The notes under the pieces are model-generated. The model searched no databases, had not been told where the DNA came from, and worked only from the letters and a program-made list of their open reading frames with translations. A stretch of 64,000 nucleotides of DNA from positions 1-64,000 of the IMG/VR virus record IMGVR_UViG_3300036985_002246, one strand, 5' to 3'. The position numbers and the translations under genes are program-made. Positions 17,752 through 26,516 of this stretch are shown piece after piece; positions within the stretch are counted from its first letter, which is position 1, and every line of letters begins with the position of its first letter. The DNA is from a virus.

Positions 17752-17758
17752 GGTGTCC

Positions 17759-18877
17759 TCACTCGTAGTCTCGAACCGCCACGAAGGTTGCGATCCGGGG
17801 AAGTCCCTTGTTGGTGAACCCCTGGTGCTTGTAGGTGATCAGGGTTCCGAGTGCAGGGGGGCTCTCGCGCTCCTTGTCGGTGAACCCACCACCGACCTCG
17901 AACGTCTTGCCGTCGGCCATTTGCACGACGCACGCGCCCATGCGGCCCTTGTGCTTCCCGCGTCCCGGCTGGTAGCCGACCACGACCGCTTCGCCGTCCG
18001 TGAACGTCTTGACCTTGAGGCACGTCGTCGAGCGGTCCGTCACATACGGCGACCCGAACTGCCGGAGAATGAGTCCCTCGCCCCCCATGGCTTCCACGTC
18101 GGCGAGCATGAAGTCCAGGTGCTGCTGCCCGTGGCAGCGGACCTGTTCCAGCACGCGCCACGAGGTGAAGCCGAGCCTGTCGTAGGTGCCCTTGTAGAGG
18201 CCCTGGAGGTAGTCCATGCGTCGCTCGAACGAGCCAGTGAAGTGGGGCGCGTCGAACACGACGTACTGCATTTGCGCCCAATCAGCCTCAGTCGGCTCGT
18301 GCTTGCGGGCGATCCCTGACGCCTCCTGGAAGCGCCCACGTCCGAGCCAAAGCTCGCCGTCGAGAACGACCCTCTTCGGGAGCGAACGCTTGAAGCTCTC
18401 CGGGGCGTGGAAGGTGTTGCCGAGACGGGAAATGAACGCTTCCCCGTTCCAGTAGGCACGGACGCCGTCGAGCTTTTCACTCACCCACCAACCGGTCGGG
18501 TCGTCCTTCCCCTTCTCGAACGTCTCTGCGAGGAGGATCGGGGGGGCTGTGTCCTTACGGACTGCTCCGCCGACGGCGGTGCTGACCTTGCCCTTGGGCG
18601 TGAGGCGCACGGCGGGCTTCGATGGCACCCCAGGGAGGACCGGGGGGACGCTGTGGTCGATCATGCCTGCCCGAGTCAGTGCCGCCTTGGGCAGGCACTC
18701 GGGCTTGATATTCGCCTTGATATGCTTGCAAACACGGGTGTCGATCCCACCGCCCATGTTGCGCCAGGCCGGACACGAGCAGTCCACGACGCCGCTGATC
18801 TTGCGGATCGCGTAGGGCTTCCTGCCGCTGCCCTGGACGTACACGACGCCGCCTTCCATGAGGTGCTGTAGAGCCAT
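17759..18877 (-). CDS. lig: ATP-dependent DNA ligase with an N-terminal SWIM zinc finger
   Basis: Motif I SEKLDGVRA; LDGELW; EGLILR; LKVK; OB-fold GRMGA; N-terminal CSCP...CKH. Confidence 0.92.
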   Translation of the reverse strand: MALQHLMEGGVVYVQGSGRKPYAIRKISGVVDCSCPAWRNMGGGIDTRVCKHIKANIKPECLPKAALTRAGMIDHSVPPVLPGVPSKPAVRLTPKGKVSTAVGGAVRKDTAPPILLAETFEKGKDDPTGWWVSEKLDGVRAYWNGEAFISRLGNTFHAPESFKRSLPKRVVLDGELWLGRGRFQEASGIARKHEPTEADWAQMQYVVFDAPHFTGSFERRMDYLQGLYKGTYDRLGFTSWRVLEQVRCHGQQHLDFMLADVEAMGGEGLILRQFGSPYVTDRSTTCLKVKTFTDGEAVVVGYQPGRGKHKGRMGACVVQMADGKTFEVGGGFTDKERESPPALGTLITYKHQGFTNKGLPRIATFVAVRDYE

Positions 18878-18884
18878 TGCCTTG

Positions 18885-18932
18885 TCTCCCTTACACCTCT
18901 CAAGCGATTGGGCTGAGGCCATTTTCACGATT
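18885..18932 (-). promoter_or_regulatory. Conserved phage promoter motif, copy 3
   Basis: AATCGTGAAAA...CCCAATCGCTT...GGTGTAAGGGAGA. Confidence 0.8.
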
Positions 18933-18941
18933 CAGTCTGCG

Positions 18942-18987
18942 AAACGTGTAAAGAGCCCTCCCCCAATCGCTTGAGGGGTGAGGAAGG
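18942..18987 (+). promoter_or_regulatory. Conserved phage promoter motif, copy 4 (divergent from copy 3)
   Basis: AACGTGTAAA...CCCCAATCGCTT...GGGGTGAGGAAGG. Confidence 0.8.
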
Positions 18988-18996
18988 ACGAACACC

Positions 18997-19299
18997 ATGA
19001 AGCCCCACAATGTCGTCAACGCCCGCGAGATCTCTCGGGTCACCAAGCTGCTCGTCGCGGTCGCGGTCGAGTTCGGAATGCCGAACGCCTCGTGGTCGAT
19101 CTGCCCGCAACTGTGGTCCAACACCCACGAGAGGGCTGGTGAGATCGTGAAGGTGGAGTCGATCTCCTGGTCGGTGAGCGTCCACCCCGCCCCGCATGTG
19201 TGCTTCCAGGGGTACGGGACCACCGCCGACGGGGCGGTGGCTGACCTCCGGGCGAAGCTCGCCAAGCACATGGCTGAGACGAACGGGGTGGCAGCATAA
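18997..19299 (+). CDS. Hypothetical protein
   Basis: First gene after promoter copy 4. Confidence 0.65.
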   Translation: MKPHNVVNAREISRVTKLLVAVAVEFGMPNASWSICPQLWSNTHERAGEIVKVESISWSVSVHPAPHVCFQGYGTTADGAVADLRAKLAKHMAETNGVAA

Positions 19300-19318
19300 T
19301 CGAACGTGTGGTGAGGCG

Positions 19319-19364
19319 AATCGTGTAAAAGCCACCTCCCCACCCGCTTCATGGGTGTAAGGGA
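19319..19364 (+). promoter_or_regulatory. Conserved phage promoter motif, copy 5
   Basis: AATCGTGTAAAA...CCCACCCGCTT...GGGTGTAAGGGA. Confidence 0.8.
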
Positions 19365-19372
19365 GATTGACC

Positions 19373-19543
19373 GTGGAAAACACCGAGAGCCTCATTCACC
19401 GGATCGCAAACGCCCTGGCCTACGGCTGCACGGGCGCGGAGATCGCGGAGCGGTTCGCTTCCGAGGGTTCCCCTGAGGAGATCTGGCTCGCCATGGTGGC
19501 AGCCCGGATCCTGGTCAAGCACAGCGTGGGGGTCGTTTCGTGA
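19373..19543 (+). CDS. Small hypothetical protein (56 aa, not in ORF track)
   Basis: GTG after promoter/SD; VENTESLIHRIANALAYG; GTGA overlap with next gene. Confidence 0.55.
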   Translation: MENTESLIHRIANALAYGCTGAEIAERFASEGSPEEIWLAMVAARILVKHSVGVVS

Positions 19544-19890
19544 AGTACTTCATTCACAACGAGGCGTGTATCCTCCCCACCGGTCACAAGCAGACCAGCT
19601 ACGGCTTCACGTTCCGTGTCGTCGCGGAACTGCCGGACGGTCGGCGCTTCAATCACTTCTATCAGGAGACGGCCTCGTTCGGTTGCGGCATTCCCAGCCG
19701 AGTCCAGCGGCTCTTGAGCCGTGTCCAGGAATCCAGCCCGAACGTCGAGGGCCGCAGGTACTGGCATGAGACCTGGCCCGTCCCAGGGTCGCCCGCCCAC
19801 TTCGAGGTGCTAGCGGACATGGACCGAGCCGAACGCGCTCGGGACGAGCAGGACAACCGACACGTCCTGGGTGACTCCCGTGTCTGCTGA
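19540..19890 (+). CDS. Hypothetical protein
   Basis: Operon packing. Confidence 0.6.
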   Translation: MKYFIHNEACILPTGHKQTSYGFTFRVVAELPDGRRFNHFYQETASFGCGIPSRVQRLLSRVQESSPNVEGRRYWHETWPVPGSPAHFEVLADMDRAERARDEQDNRHVLGDSRVC

Positions 19891-20203
19891 CAACTTCGTC
19901 GCAGTCGTCTACGGGAAGCGTCACGCTGACGACGACAAGGAGAGGTTCCTCCTGTTCGTCGTCGGCGATAGCGGCTGGTCCGACCGATTCCCTGGAGGGA
20001 ACCCCACGCCGAAGGAAATGCTCGACTACTGCCTGGAGTGCTGGGGGCACTACGCGAAGCAGTGGCCGACCGAAGAGTGGTTCTGGTGGAAGATCCCCGC
20101 CGAGGACACCCTCGACGACGCTTGGAAGCGGGCGGGGGAAATGGTCCACGACGACGAGATCGAGTACGGAGCGGCAGCGTTCCTTGAGGAAGGTGTCCCA
20201 TGA
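19871..20203 (+). CDS. Acidic, Trp-rich hypothetical protein
   Basis: Operon packing; ATGA overlap. Confidence 0.6.
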   Translation: MTPVSADNFVAVVYGKRHADDDKERFLLFVVGDSGWSDRFPGGNPTPKEMLDYCLECWGHYAKQWPTEEWFWWKIPAEDTLDDAWKRAGEMVHDDEIEYGAAAFLEEGVP

Positions 20204-20460
20204 GCATTGTGGACCGCATTGGCCGCAGGTTCGCCAAGGACGAGGCCGAGCGTGAGGTCGCCTACGCGAAGGGCGCTCCTGCTCGCGAAGAGTCGTACCG
20301 GAAGGTCGAGGCCCTCCTCGCGAGGTACGACGACCTCTGCCGACGCACACCCTACACGATCCCTGAGGAAGCCCGCCACCTCTGGCGGCACATTCTCGAC
20401 GAGCACTCGCACGACCTCGTCTGGTTTTTCCAACGTGTGCGCGGGGGGAAGGCACCATGA
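20200..20460 (+). CDS. Hypothetical protein
   Basis: ATGA overlaps at both ends. Confidence 0.65.
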   Translation: MSIVDRIGRRFAKDEAEREVAYAKGAPAREESYRKVEALLARYDDLCRRTPYTIPEEARHLWRHILDEHSHDLVWFFQRVRGGKAP

Positions 20461-20831
20461 GCATGGACTTCTACGTCCTCGCGGACCAAGCGAAGGAACT
20501 CTTCGCCCTTGGGGGCGGCCCGTGGGGTGGCTTCAAGGACCGGGGCGGGAACCCCGCCCTCGACTACCACGAGATCCCCCTCGACCTCGTGAGGTTCAAG
20601 GACGACGAGGAGGGGTTCGCCAAGCACTTCCTGGAGTGCTGGGAGTCCGGCTGCATTGAGGGCCGGGGTGACACTGAGAGCCGGGCGTTCATGCGCCACA
20701 TTGGGCGTAAGCTCTGGCAGTGGTGTTGGGACCGAGCCTGGTTCGTCAGTCTCGTCACGGACCACGACGGCAACAGCGACGAGTGGTCCGAGTACCCGGA
20801 AACGGGTTCACGCTATGAGGAGGACAAGTGA
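20457..20831 (+). CDS. Acidic hypothetical protein
   Basis: 4-bp overlaps at both ends. Confidence 0.65.
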   Translation: MSMDFYVLADQAKELFALGGGPWGGFKDRGGNPALDYHEIPLDLVRFKDDEEGFAKHFLECWESGCIEGRGDTESRAFMRHIGRKLWQWCWDRAWFVSLVTDHDGNSDEWSEYPETGSRYEEDK

Positions 20832-21040
20832 GCACTGAAGCATTCCCAGGAGGGCTCGTCGTGAGCGACGAGAGGAAGCGGCGTATGTCGATCTCCCTCG
20901 ACGCAGCGACAGGGGAGGTCTTGGTCGCAGTCCCGTCAGGGAAGGCTGGGCTCGTCCGCCGTCTCGTCCAACTCAACCGGGAGGACGCTCGCAATCTCGC
21001 ACGGGGTGTCCTGGACCTCGTCGGCGAAGACGACCAGTAG
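20828..21040 (+). CDS. Hypothetical protein
   Basis: GTGA overlap; GAGGAGG SD. Confidence 0.6.
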   Translation: MSTEAFPGGLVVSDERKRRMSISLDAATGEVLVAVPSGKAGLVRRLVQLNREDARNLARGVLDLVGEDDQ

Positions 21041-21049
21041 GGGGACAGC

Positions 21050-21409
21050 ATGACCGAGACTGAGCTTGCAGAGACACTCGACGCGCTCGAAGCAGAGCGG
21101 GTCAAGTTCACCAAGGCCAACAAGAGCCTCATGCAGAAGCTGATCGACCGGCTCGTCGAGGAGAAGGTCTACCCGGACGCCACTCCGACCATGGCGAAGC
21201 ACGGCTACACGCACCTCACCATGGTCGAGTGCTATGGGTCCGACTGGCACCTGTGGCGTGGGACTCTGAACTGCCCGAAGTGCAGCAGTGATTGGCGCGA
21301 CCTCTCAGCAGGCCCGCCGTTCAAGCGCGAGGTCGGTCGGTCCCACGGGGACGTGACCGTCGCGTGGACGTGCCCGGACTGTGGGCACGTCGTGCCCCGG
21401 AGGTTCTGA
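21050..21409 (+). CDS. Zn-ribbon hypothetical protein
   Basis: CPKC...CPDCG. Confidence 0.7.
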   Translation: MTETELAETLDALEAERVKFTKANKSLMQKLIDRLVEEKVYPDATPTMAKHGYTHLTMVECYGSDWHLWRGTLNCPKCSSDWRDLSAGPPFKREVGRSHGDVTVAWTCPDCGHVVPRRF

Positions 21410-21622
21410 GTGCGGTTCCTGGACTACCTGTCCTGGTACAGACCTGGTGGGGGGATTGAGCCTGATTTCCTCACCAAGCCCCGCAAGCCACTCACCGCAG
21501 AAGAGCAGGCCAAGATTGACGAGGTCGTCAGCAAGGTGAAGGAACTCGCCAAGGACTGGGAAGCCCTGCCGGGCTTCCCAGTCGTCATGCGCCGTCGAAC
21601 GAAGTCGCCCGAGGAGACGTGA
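21410..21622 (+). CDS. Hypothetical protein
   Basis: Abuts both neighbours. Confidence 0.55.
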   Translation: MRFLDYLSWYRPGGGIEPDFLTKPRKPLTAEEQAKIDEVVSKVKELAKDWEALPGFPVVMRRRTKSPEET

Positions 21623-21808
21623 ATGGACCCCGAAGCCTGTCTGAACCGTGCTGCCAACGCCCTTGAGGACTCCGACCTGGACGAGTGCTGGAAGGCACTC
21701 TCGGACTACCGGTCGTGGCGGAGTCGTGGTGGCTTCGAGCCCGACGGCGGAGACGCCAAGGCCAAGCTGCTCACGCAGCAGTTGCGATCCATGCTGGCCG
21801 CTGCCTAG
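21623..21808 (+). CDS. Hypothetical protein
   Basis: MDPEACL...WRSRGGFEP; GAGGAG SD. Confidence 0.65.
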   Translation: MDPEACLNRAANALEDSDLDECWKALSDYRSWRSRGGFEPDGGDAKAKLLTQQLRSMLAAA

Positions 21809-22260
21809 TACTGGTAGTGGCCGCGAGACTTCGGCGGCCCAATCTTCTCTTGCTTGAGCCGGGCGAGGTTCTCCGGCGTGTTGCAGAGCTTCTCGAAGAT
21901 CTCGAAGACGCCGCCCGTGCCCTCAGACGAGGCACTGAGCTTCTGCTCTGACTTGAGGTTCTTCGGGTCGTTGCCGGGGTACTGATTCCCGGCGAGGAGA
22001 ATCACTGGCTCGGGCTCAGCCTCGACCCCAGGGAAGAAGGGCGTGGACGGCTCGTAGACGCAGAGCGCGAACCCTGAGAAGTACCCGTGGTGGTAGAGGG
22101 TCACAGGGAAGCCCTGCTCGATCGCCGACAGGACGAGTGCCCACTCCTTCTCGGTGACCGCACGGGTCTCTGTGTAGGAGCCGGGGTCTCGCCAAGAAGT
22201 GCTCTTGCGTTCCGTGTGGATCTCGCCCCAGAGGGTGCGGAGTTCGTCGGCCAGGCTCAC
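21805..22260 (-). CDS. Hypothetical protein
   Basis: GTGA overlap; converges on the + operon. Confidence 0.6.
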   Translation of the reverse strand: MSLADELRTLWGEIHTERKSTSWRDPGSYTETRAVTEKEWALVLSAIEQGFPVTLYHHGYFSGFALCVYEPSTPFFPGVEAEPEPVILLAGNQYPGNDPKNLKSEQKLSASSEGTGGVFEIFEKLCNTPENLARLKQEKIGPPKSRGHYQY

Positions 22261-22574
22261 GTCGCTCTCCTGGCGTAGATCTCCCGGTATCGCGGGACGC
22301 CGATCAGTTCGGGGATCGACATTGGGCCACCCTTGCCAGTGACCTCTGTGTCCGTGTACGGCAGAGGAAGCTGCTCCCACTTCGGGTCACGTTCCTCTAG
22401 GTTCGTCACGAACACGAAGTACCCCTCGCCGTCCTCGACCATGGCCTCGACCGCAGAGGTCATGGTCTTCAGCGCCTGCTCGCAGGCCGCACTGATCGCC
22501 TTGAGCCCCTCAGCGTCCGCCACAATGAAGGCGTCTGCATGGTGGTAGGGCTGAGCGTAGACGTGGACCTTCAT
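22257..22574 (-). CDS. Hypothetical protein
   Basis: QPYHHADAFIVADAEGL...DGEGY...LPY; ATGA overlap with the nucleotidyltransferase. Confidence 0.7.
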   Translation of the reverse strand: MKVHVYAQPYHHADAFIVADAEGLKAISAACEQALKTMTSAVEAMVEDGEGYFVFVTNLEERDPKWEQLPLPYTDTEVTGKGGPMSIPELIGVPRYREIYARRAT

Positions 22575-23512
22575 GCCTGCTCCGACCAGAAGATCTCCTG
22601 GGCCTCGACGCAGAGAGCGTTGAGCTTCTCCATGTCGGGGTGGTCCGGGAGGGTCGAGGTTGCGTAGAGCCGGTCGATCTCCTCGTGGCCTCGCTCGGCT
22701 TGCTCGATCAGTTGGTCGTAGGACCAGACCCCCCGGCGGATCGCCAGGAGTTCCTCAGCGTCCGGGCGCTTCACTTTCACGCCCTTCCCAGCGAGTAGCT
22801 CCAGGCACATTCGGAGGAGCCTCACGAGGTGCATTGCGTGCTTCGTGTCGTAGCCGAACTGCGCTTCGAGCACAGCCCGCTTCTCGTTCCTCGAAGCCTT
22901 CCACGCCACATACTGGTTCCAGTGCTGGGTGGCCGAGCGGAACTGCTTCTCCAGTTGGACGTACTGCATGACGTTCGGGTCGATCTCGACCTCGTCACCC
23001 TCAGTCTCGGTGCTGAGGAGCTTGTCGAATGCGCCCATCATGTCGGGGGTGATCTTCATGGACCCCAAGCCGAACTCCGCCCTCTCCGGCTTGTGGTCCG
23101 GAGGCGAGAGCAGCCACTTGCGGTGGGTCTTGATCCGCTTGAGTTGGGCGACCGCGTACCCGGCGAACGTGTGCCGGGCCTTCTTCGAGAGGAAGAGGTC
23201 GCGGTGGTCGCGGAGCAGTGAACCAGAGCGTGTGATCTTCAGGACGTTCGATTCGTCCACGAACAGCACCTCGATCACGTTCGGGTTGCAGTCCGCCGCG
23301 AGCTTGCAGAACTTCTGCACGTTGTAGACAATGCTGTCGTTCGGGACGCTGCTCACCTGTTGCTCGAAGCCCTGGGCGAACCCCAGGACGATCTCCTTGG
23401 GAGCGACCGCGAATCCACGCACGTCCACGTCGGACTCCGGAAGGGAGGTCCCGTAGGCGTGGCTGCCATGCGTGGCGAGGAACACTGTGTGCGCTGCTAC
23501 GTCGAAGTCCAT
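22571..23512 (-). CDS. DNA polymerase beta-superfamily nucleotidyltransferase (RlaP/YcgL-like)
   Basis: HGSHAYGTSLPESDVDVRG (GS...DxD); NPNVIEVLF; GYDTKHAMHLVRLL. Confidence 0.85.
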   Translation of the reverse strand: MDFDVAAHTVFLATHGSHAYGTSLPESDVDVRGFAVAPKEIVLGFAQGFEQQVSSVPNDSIVYNVQKFCKLAADCNPNVIEVLFVDESNVLKITRSGSLLRDHRDLFLSKKARHTFAGYAVAQLKRIKTHRKWLLSPPDHKPERAEFGLGSMKITPDMMGAFDKLLSTETEGDEVEIDPNVMQYVQLEKQFRSATQHWNQYVAWKASRNEKRAVLEAQFGYDTKHAMHLVRLLRMCLELLAGKGVKVKRPDAEELLAIRRGVWSYDQLIEQAERGHEEIDRLYATSTLPDHPDMEKLNALCVEAQEIFWSEQA

Positions 23513-23517
23513 GGTGA

Positions 23518-23562
23518 CCCTTACACCTCGGAAGCGATTGGGCTGGGGGCATTTACACGATT
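23518..23562 (-). promoter_or_regulatory. Conserved phage promoter motif, copy 6
   Basis: AATCGTGTAAA...CCCAATCGCTT...GGTGTAAGGG. Confidence 0.8.
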
Positions 23563-23594
23563 GTGCGTGTAGTGACCCCAGCCCAATCCGTTCT

Positions 23595-24287
23595 TCAGGC
23601 TACGGCGGGCTGCACGAGCGGACGCCGACGGAACCCATGGTTGGGCCTGTGGACGTTCGCGATCCGCAGCAGAGCCTCTTCGTCATGCTTGAGCATGAGC
23701 GCCTGACTGAGCATGGTGTCCGCGTCCGGCACCGCTTCGCCGGGGTGGACGCAGAGGCTCCTGACGACGACGCCCTTCTCGTCGAGCACGTCAATGTTCG
23801 CCGAGCGACCGCGATTGATCCGGTACTTCTTCCCGGACTTCGAGTCGATCATGAACCAGTCCTCTTGCGCGAGTTGACGCTGCTGGTCTGGTGTGAGGTG
23901 GGCTCGAAGCAGAGCCTCTGCCCGACGGTCTGCGGCCTCACGCTCAGCCGCCCGTGCGGCGCGCTCCTCAGCCCACTGAGCCTCGCGCTCGATCCGAGCC
24001 GTGCGGGCAGCCTCTGTCTCGGGCGGGGCGGTGTAGAGCGGCGCTCCGACCACCCGTGCGGCTGGTGTTGCGTTCCAGTTGATCCAGACGGTGCTGTTGG
24101 TGGCGTAGCTGCCAGCCGTGGCGGTGACTGACCCGCTGCCACCGTTCCAGCCGTTCCAGACGTTGTTCAGGTAGGGGACCGTGATCGACCCCGTGCTTGT
24201 GGTCGTCGCCTGGGTCCAGGCCGTCCAGATCACCGACGAGTTGCCGGTGGCGTAGCCAGTACCCGTGGTTGTGCCGGTGTACGGCAT
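23595..24287 (-). CDS. Hypothetical protein with a Thr/Trp-rich N-terminus and a globular C-domain
   Basis: LTPDQQRQL...SGKKYRI...LCVHP...DTMLSQALML. Confidence 0.7.
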   Translation of the reverse strand: MPYTGTTTGTGYATGNSSVIWTAWTQATTTSTGSITVPYLNNVWNGWNGGSGSVTATAGSYATNSTVWINWNATPAARVVGAPLYTAPPETEAARTARIEREAQWAEERAARAAEREAADRRAEALLRAHLTPDQQRQLAQEDWFMIDSKSGKKYRINRGRSANIDVLDEKGVVVRSLCVHPGEAVPDADTMLSQALMLKHDEEALLRIANVHRPNHGFRRRPLVQPAVA

Positions 24288-24292
24288 GGGGG

Positions 24293-24598
24293 TCAGCCGC
24301 CTTGCATTTGCGGCACGAACACGACGCGCCCGGCCTCGGGGTCGAACGACTTCATGAGGTCGCCCTCCTTGCCCGCTGCGTCCGTGCGAAAGGCGCGGTA
24401 GCCCTTCCCGGTGAGGTTGTCGAAGGACGCACGAGCGTCCTCGACCTCGACGGACTTCGTCGGGTCCCAGATCTTCTTCACGTCCCCGCTACGGCCCATG
24501 ATCTCGAACACGAGGCCACCTGCGCGAACGCGGTCGGCGAGTGCGCTCTCGTCGAGCTTCTCCCTCGAACCGTCGTGCTTCTGAACTTCGATTTCCAT
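24293..24598 (-). CDS. Small protein ending in Gly-Gly
   Basis: ...FDPEAGRVVFVPQMQGG-stop; GGAGGAG SD. Confidence 0.75.
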   Translation of the reverse strand: MEIEVQKHDGSREKLDESALADRVRAGGLVFEIMGRSGDVKKIWDPTKSVEVEDARASFDNLTGKGYRAFRTDAAGKEGDLMKSFDPEAGRVVFVPQMQGG

Positions 24599-24677
24599 GC
24601 GTCTCCTCCTGGCTCAAGGCCGGTAGGTCTACCTTACGCCGCAAACGGGCAGAAGGCGTCCAGCATGGTGGCTGGGC

Positions 24678-24815
24678 TCAGAGCTTGAGGCGCTTTGAGA
24701 GCTTCTCGCTGAACACGATCCCGTTCAGGCGCTCTGTCTTGACGGGAGCGTTGGCCCTGGACCCTACGAAGTACCCAATCACGACACCGAGAGCGAGAAC
24801 GAGCGTGTATTCCAC
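24678..24815 (-). CDS. Small membrane peptide
   Basis: VEYTLVLALGVVIGYFVG after GCGTAAGG. Confidence 0.5.
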   Translation of the reverse strand: MEYTLVLALGVVIGYFVGSRANAPVKTERLNGIVFSEKLSKRLKL

Positions 24816-24974
24816 GGCAGACCTTACGCATTGAGCCCAGCAGGTGGGCTCCCTGAAGTCTGAGGGGAACAACGATCCCCTCTCAACAATCACTCACCTA
24901 AGGGGGGGTAAGGCGGCGCACCGTCGAGAGGGGACACCACAGGGCTCCCATAGAAGGAATCGCTGTGGGGTGTG

Positions 24975-25226
24975 CTACTGGGCGTTGAGCCGAGACAGCG
25001 CACCTAGGAGTTCCCGCTGACGCAGGATCGGGAGAACCTTCTCACGAAGATTGGTCTCGATCTCCCTCATGGCCCGCTGGAAGAGACGCTCCTGGTACAG
25101 AGTGCTCGCCTCGATCGCACCAGGCGCTCCGGACTTGATCATGTCCATGAGCCTGGAATCTGAACACTTCTTCAGTGTCGAGATTGAGGGGGCGGCCTTC
25201 TGCTTCAACCTGCTGTTCTTCTGCAT
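24975..25226 (-). CDS. Hypothetical protein
   Basis: GCGTAAGGA upstream. Confidence 0.6.
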   Translation of the reverse strand: MQKNSRLKQKAAPSISTLKKCSDSRLMDMIKSGAPGAIEASTLYQERLFQRAMREIETNLREKVLPILRQRELLGALSRLNAQ

Positions 25227-25250
25227 GAATTCCTTACGCCGAAGGGACGG

Positions 25251-25499
25251 CTAGTTCTCGTTGAACGGAGTCCAACCCTCGGGGAGGACACAGTCACCGT
25301 GCTTGAAGAAGACGGGCACCTGGGCGACGTGAATGACCCAGTTCTTCTTCTGGGCGACGACGAGATTGGCGAAGGCCACCGCCTCGTCCTTCGTGGTGAA
25401 GAGGCTGCAACTTGAGGCGGCCTGCACCTCGGTTCCCTGAAGGAGGTGCCTGATTGAGAGCACCGCCCAGACATGACCTGCGTTCCTGGGTTCAGCCAC
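25251..25499 (-). CDS. Hypothetical protein
   Basis: Operon packing. Confidence 0.55.
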   Translation of the reverse strand: MAEPRNAGHVWAVLSIRHLLQGTEVQAASSCSLFTTKDEAVAFANLVVAQKKNWVIHVAQVPVFFKHGDCVLPEGWTPFNEN

Positions 25500-25502
25500 T
25501 TT

Positions 25503-25817
25503 TCACCGCCGCCTCTTCGCTGGGGGACCGTTCTTGCGGAGGTGCTCCTCCATGCGTCGCTGCCTCCGGTTCTTCCGGAGGGGCTGCCCCAACCCTGCAC
25601 TCACGAGGGGGTCCATGGGCGAGTTCCCAGACGTGATAACCGTCAGTGGTGCAGCTTCTGGGGAGTTCGCCGCGTGTGTGCCCACGTCAGAGAGCGCCTT
25701 GCGAATGAGTGCGTCGATCTCGACCTGCCGAAGGTACTCGGCCTGAGCGCAGAATCCGGGCACACAGTTGCACGCGCTACATTGAGCGTAGGGGCGGGAG
25801 GGGTCTGTGGTGGTCAC
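25503..25817 (-). CDS. Hypothetical protein
   Basis: CSACNC...C; basic C-terminus. Confidence 0.55.
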   Translation of the reverse strand: MTTTDPSRPYAQCSACNCVPGFCAQAEYLRQVEIDALIRKALSDVGTHAANSPEAAPLTVITSGNSPMDPLVSAGLGQPLRKNRRQRRMEEHLRKNGPPAKRRR

Positions 25818-25820
25818 GCG

Positions 25821-26516
25821 CTACTCTACGCTCGGGAGACTTCTCGCGTAGGCTCGAACCAGCCGTTGGTAGTCCATGCTCGGAGCGCCTGCTGCTGTCT
25901 CCTGGGAGACGATCTGCAACGCGGTGCCCACGTCCATTCCCGAACGGATCATGAGCCCGGCAACGAGCGCCCCGGTTCGGTCTGCCCCTAGCATACAGTG
26001 CAGGTAGAGGACCGAGCTTGGGATCGACCAGTCGTGGTAGATCTCGTGGAGGTACTCGACCAGTCCACCGAAGTTCCAGCCGGGCGACTTGAGAAAGACC
26101 TCAGGGTTCCCGGTGTCCTGCTCCGACATTCCCTCGAAGGGCCACCACACCAGGTTGGCCTTCGAGCGGGTCTGACCCTCCGGACCGAAGTGAAGAACTC
26201 CGTTCCCCAGCGGGATCCTCGGAGACCAATCTGGCTGGTGCAGGTACGGGGGCCAGTTTGCTGCGGGGTAGCCGTCCGTCGAAACCTGGAACGCCTCGAA
26301 CTCCTCGGCCCAGGAGCCACGCTCGCCCGTGTTGTCGATCAGCGAGACGCAGAGGAACCGGTCGTCGCTGAAGGTCATGTCGAGGGTGTTCTCAATCTCC
26401 CGGTACGCGAACTTCCCGTCGATCAGGGGGAGGTTCCCACGCACCATGAGGTGAGGCGACTTGAAGTTGGGGAGGTGGATCTCTGAGACCCTCTTGGGGT
26501 CGAACGTCGTGCTCAT
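25821..26516 (-). CDS. Protein-tyrosine-phosphatase-superfamily protein 2
   Basis: LYLHCMLGADRTG (HCxxGxDRTG). Confidence 0.8.
   Translation of the reverse strand: MSTTFDPKRVSEIHLPNFKSPHLMVRGNLPLIDGKFAYREIENTLDMTFSDDRFLCVSLIDNTGERGSWAEEFEAFQVSTDGYPAANWPPYLHQPDWSPRIPLGNGVLHFGPEGQTRSKANLVWWPFEGMSEQDTGNPEVFLKSPGWNFGGLVEYLHEIYHDWSIPSSVLYLHCMLGADRTGALVAGLMIRSGMDVGTALQIVSQETAAGAPSMDYQRLVRAYARSLPSVE

Noticed and set aside
24551-24598. ATP-cone at the start of the Gly-Gly protein (IEVQKHDGSREKLDE)
   Set aside because: Only the first strand matches; the helical remainder of an ATP-cone is absent.
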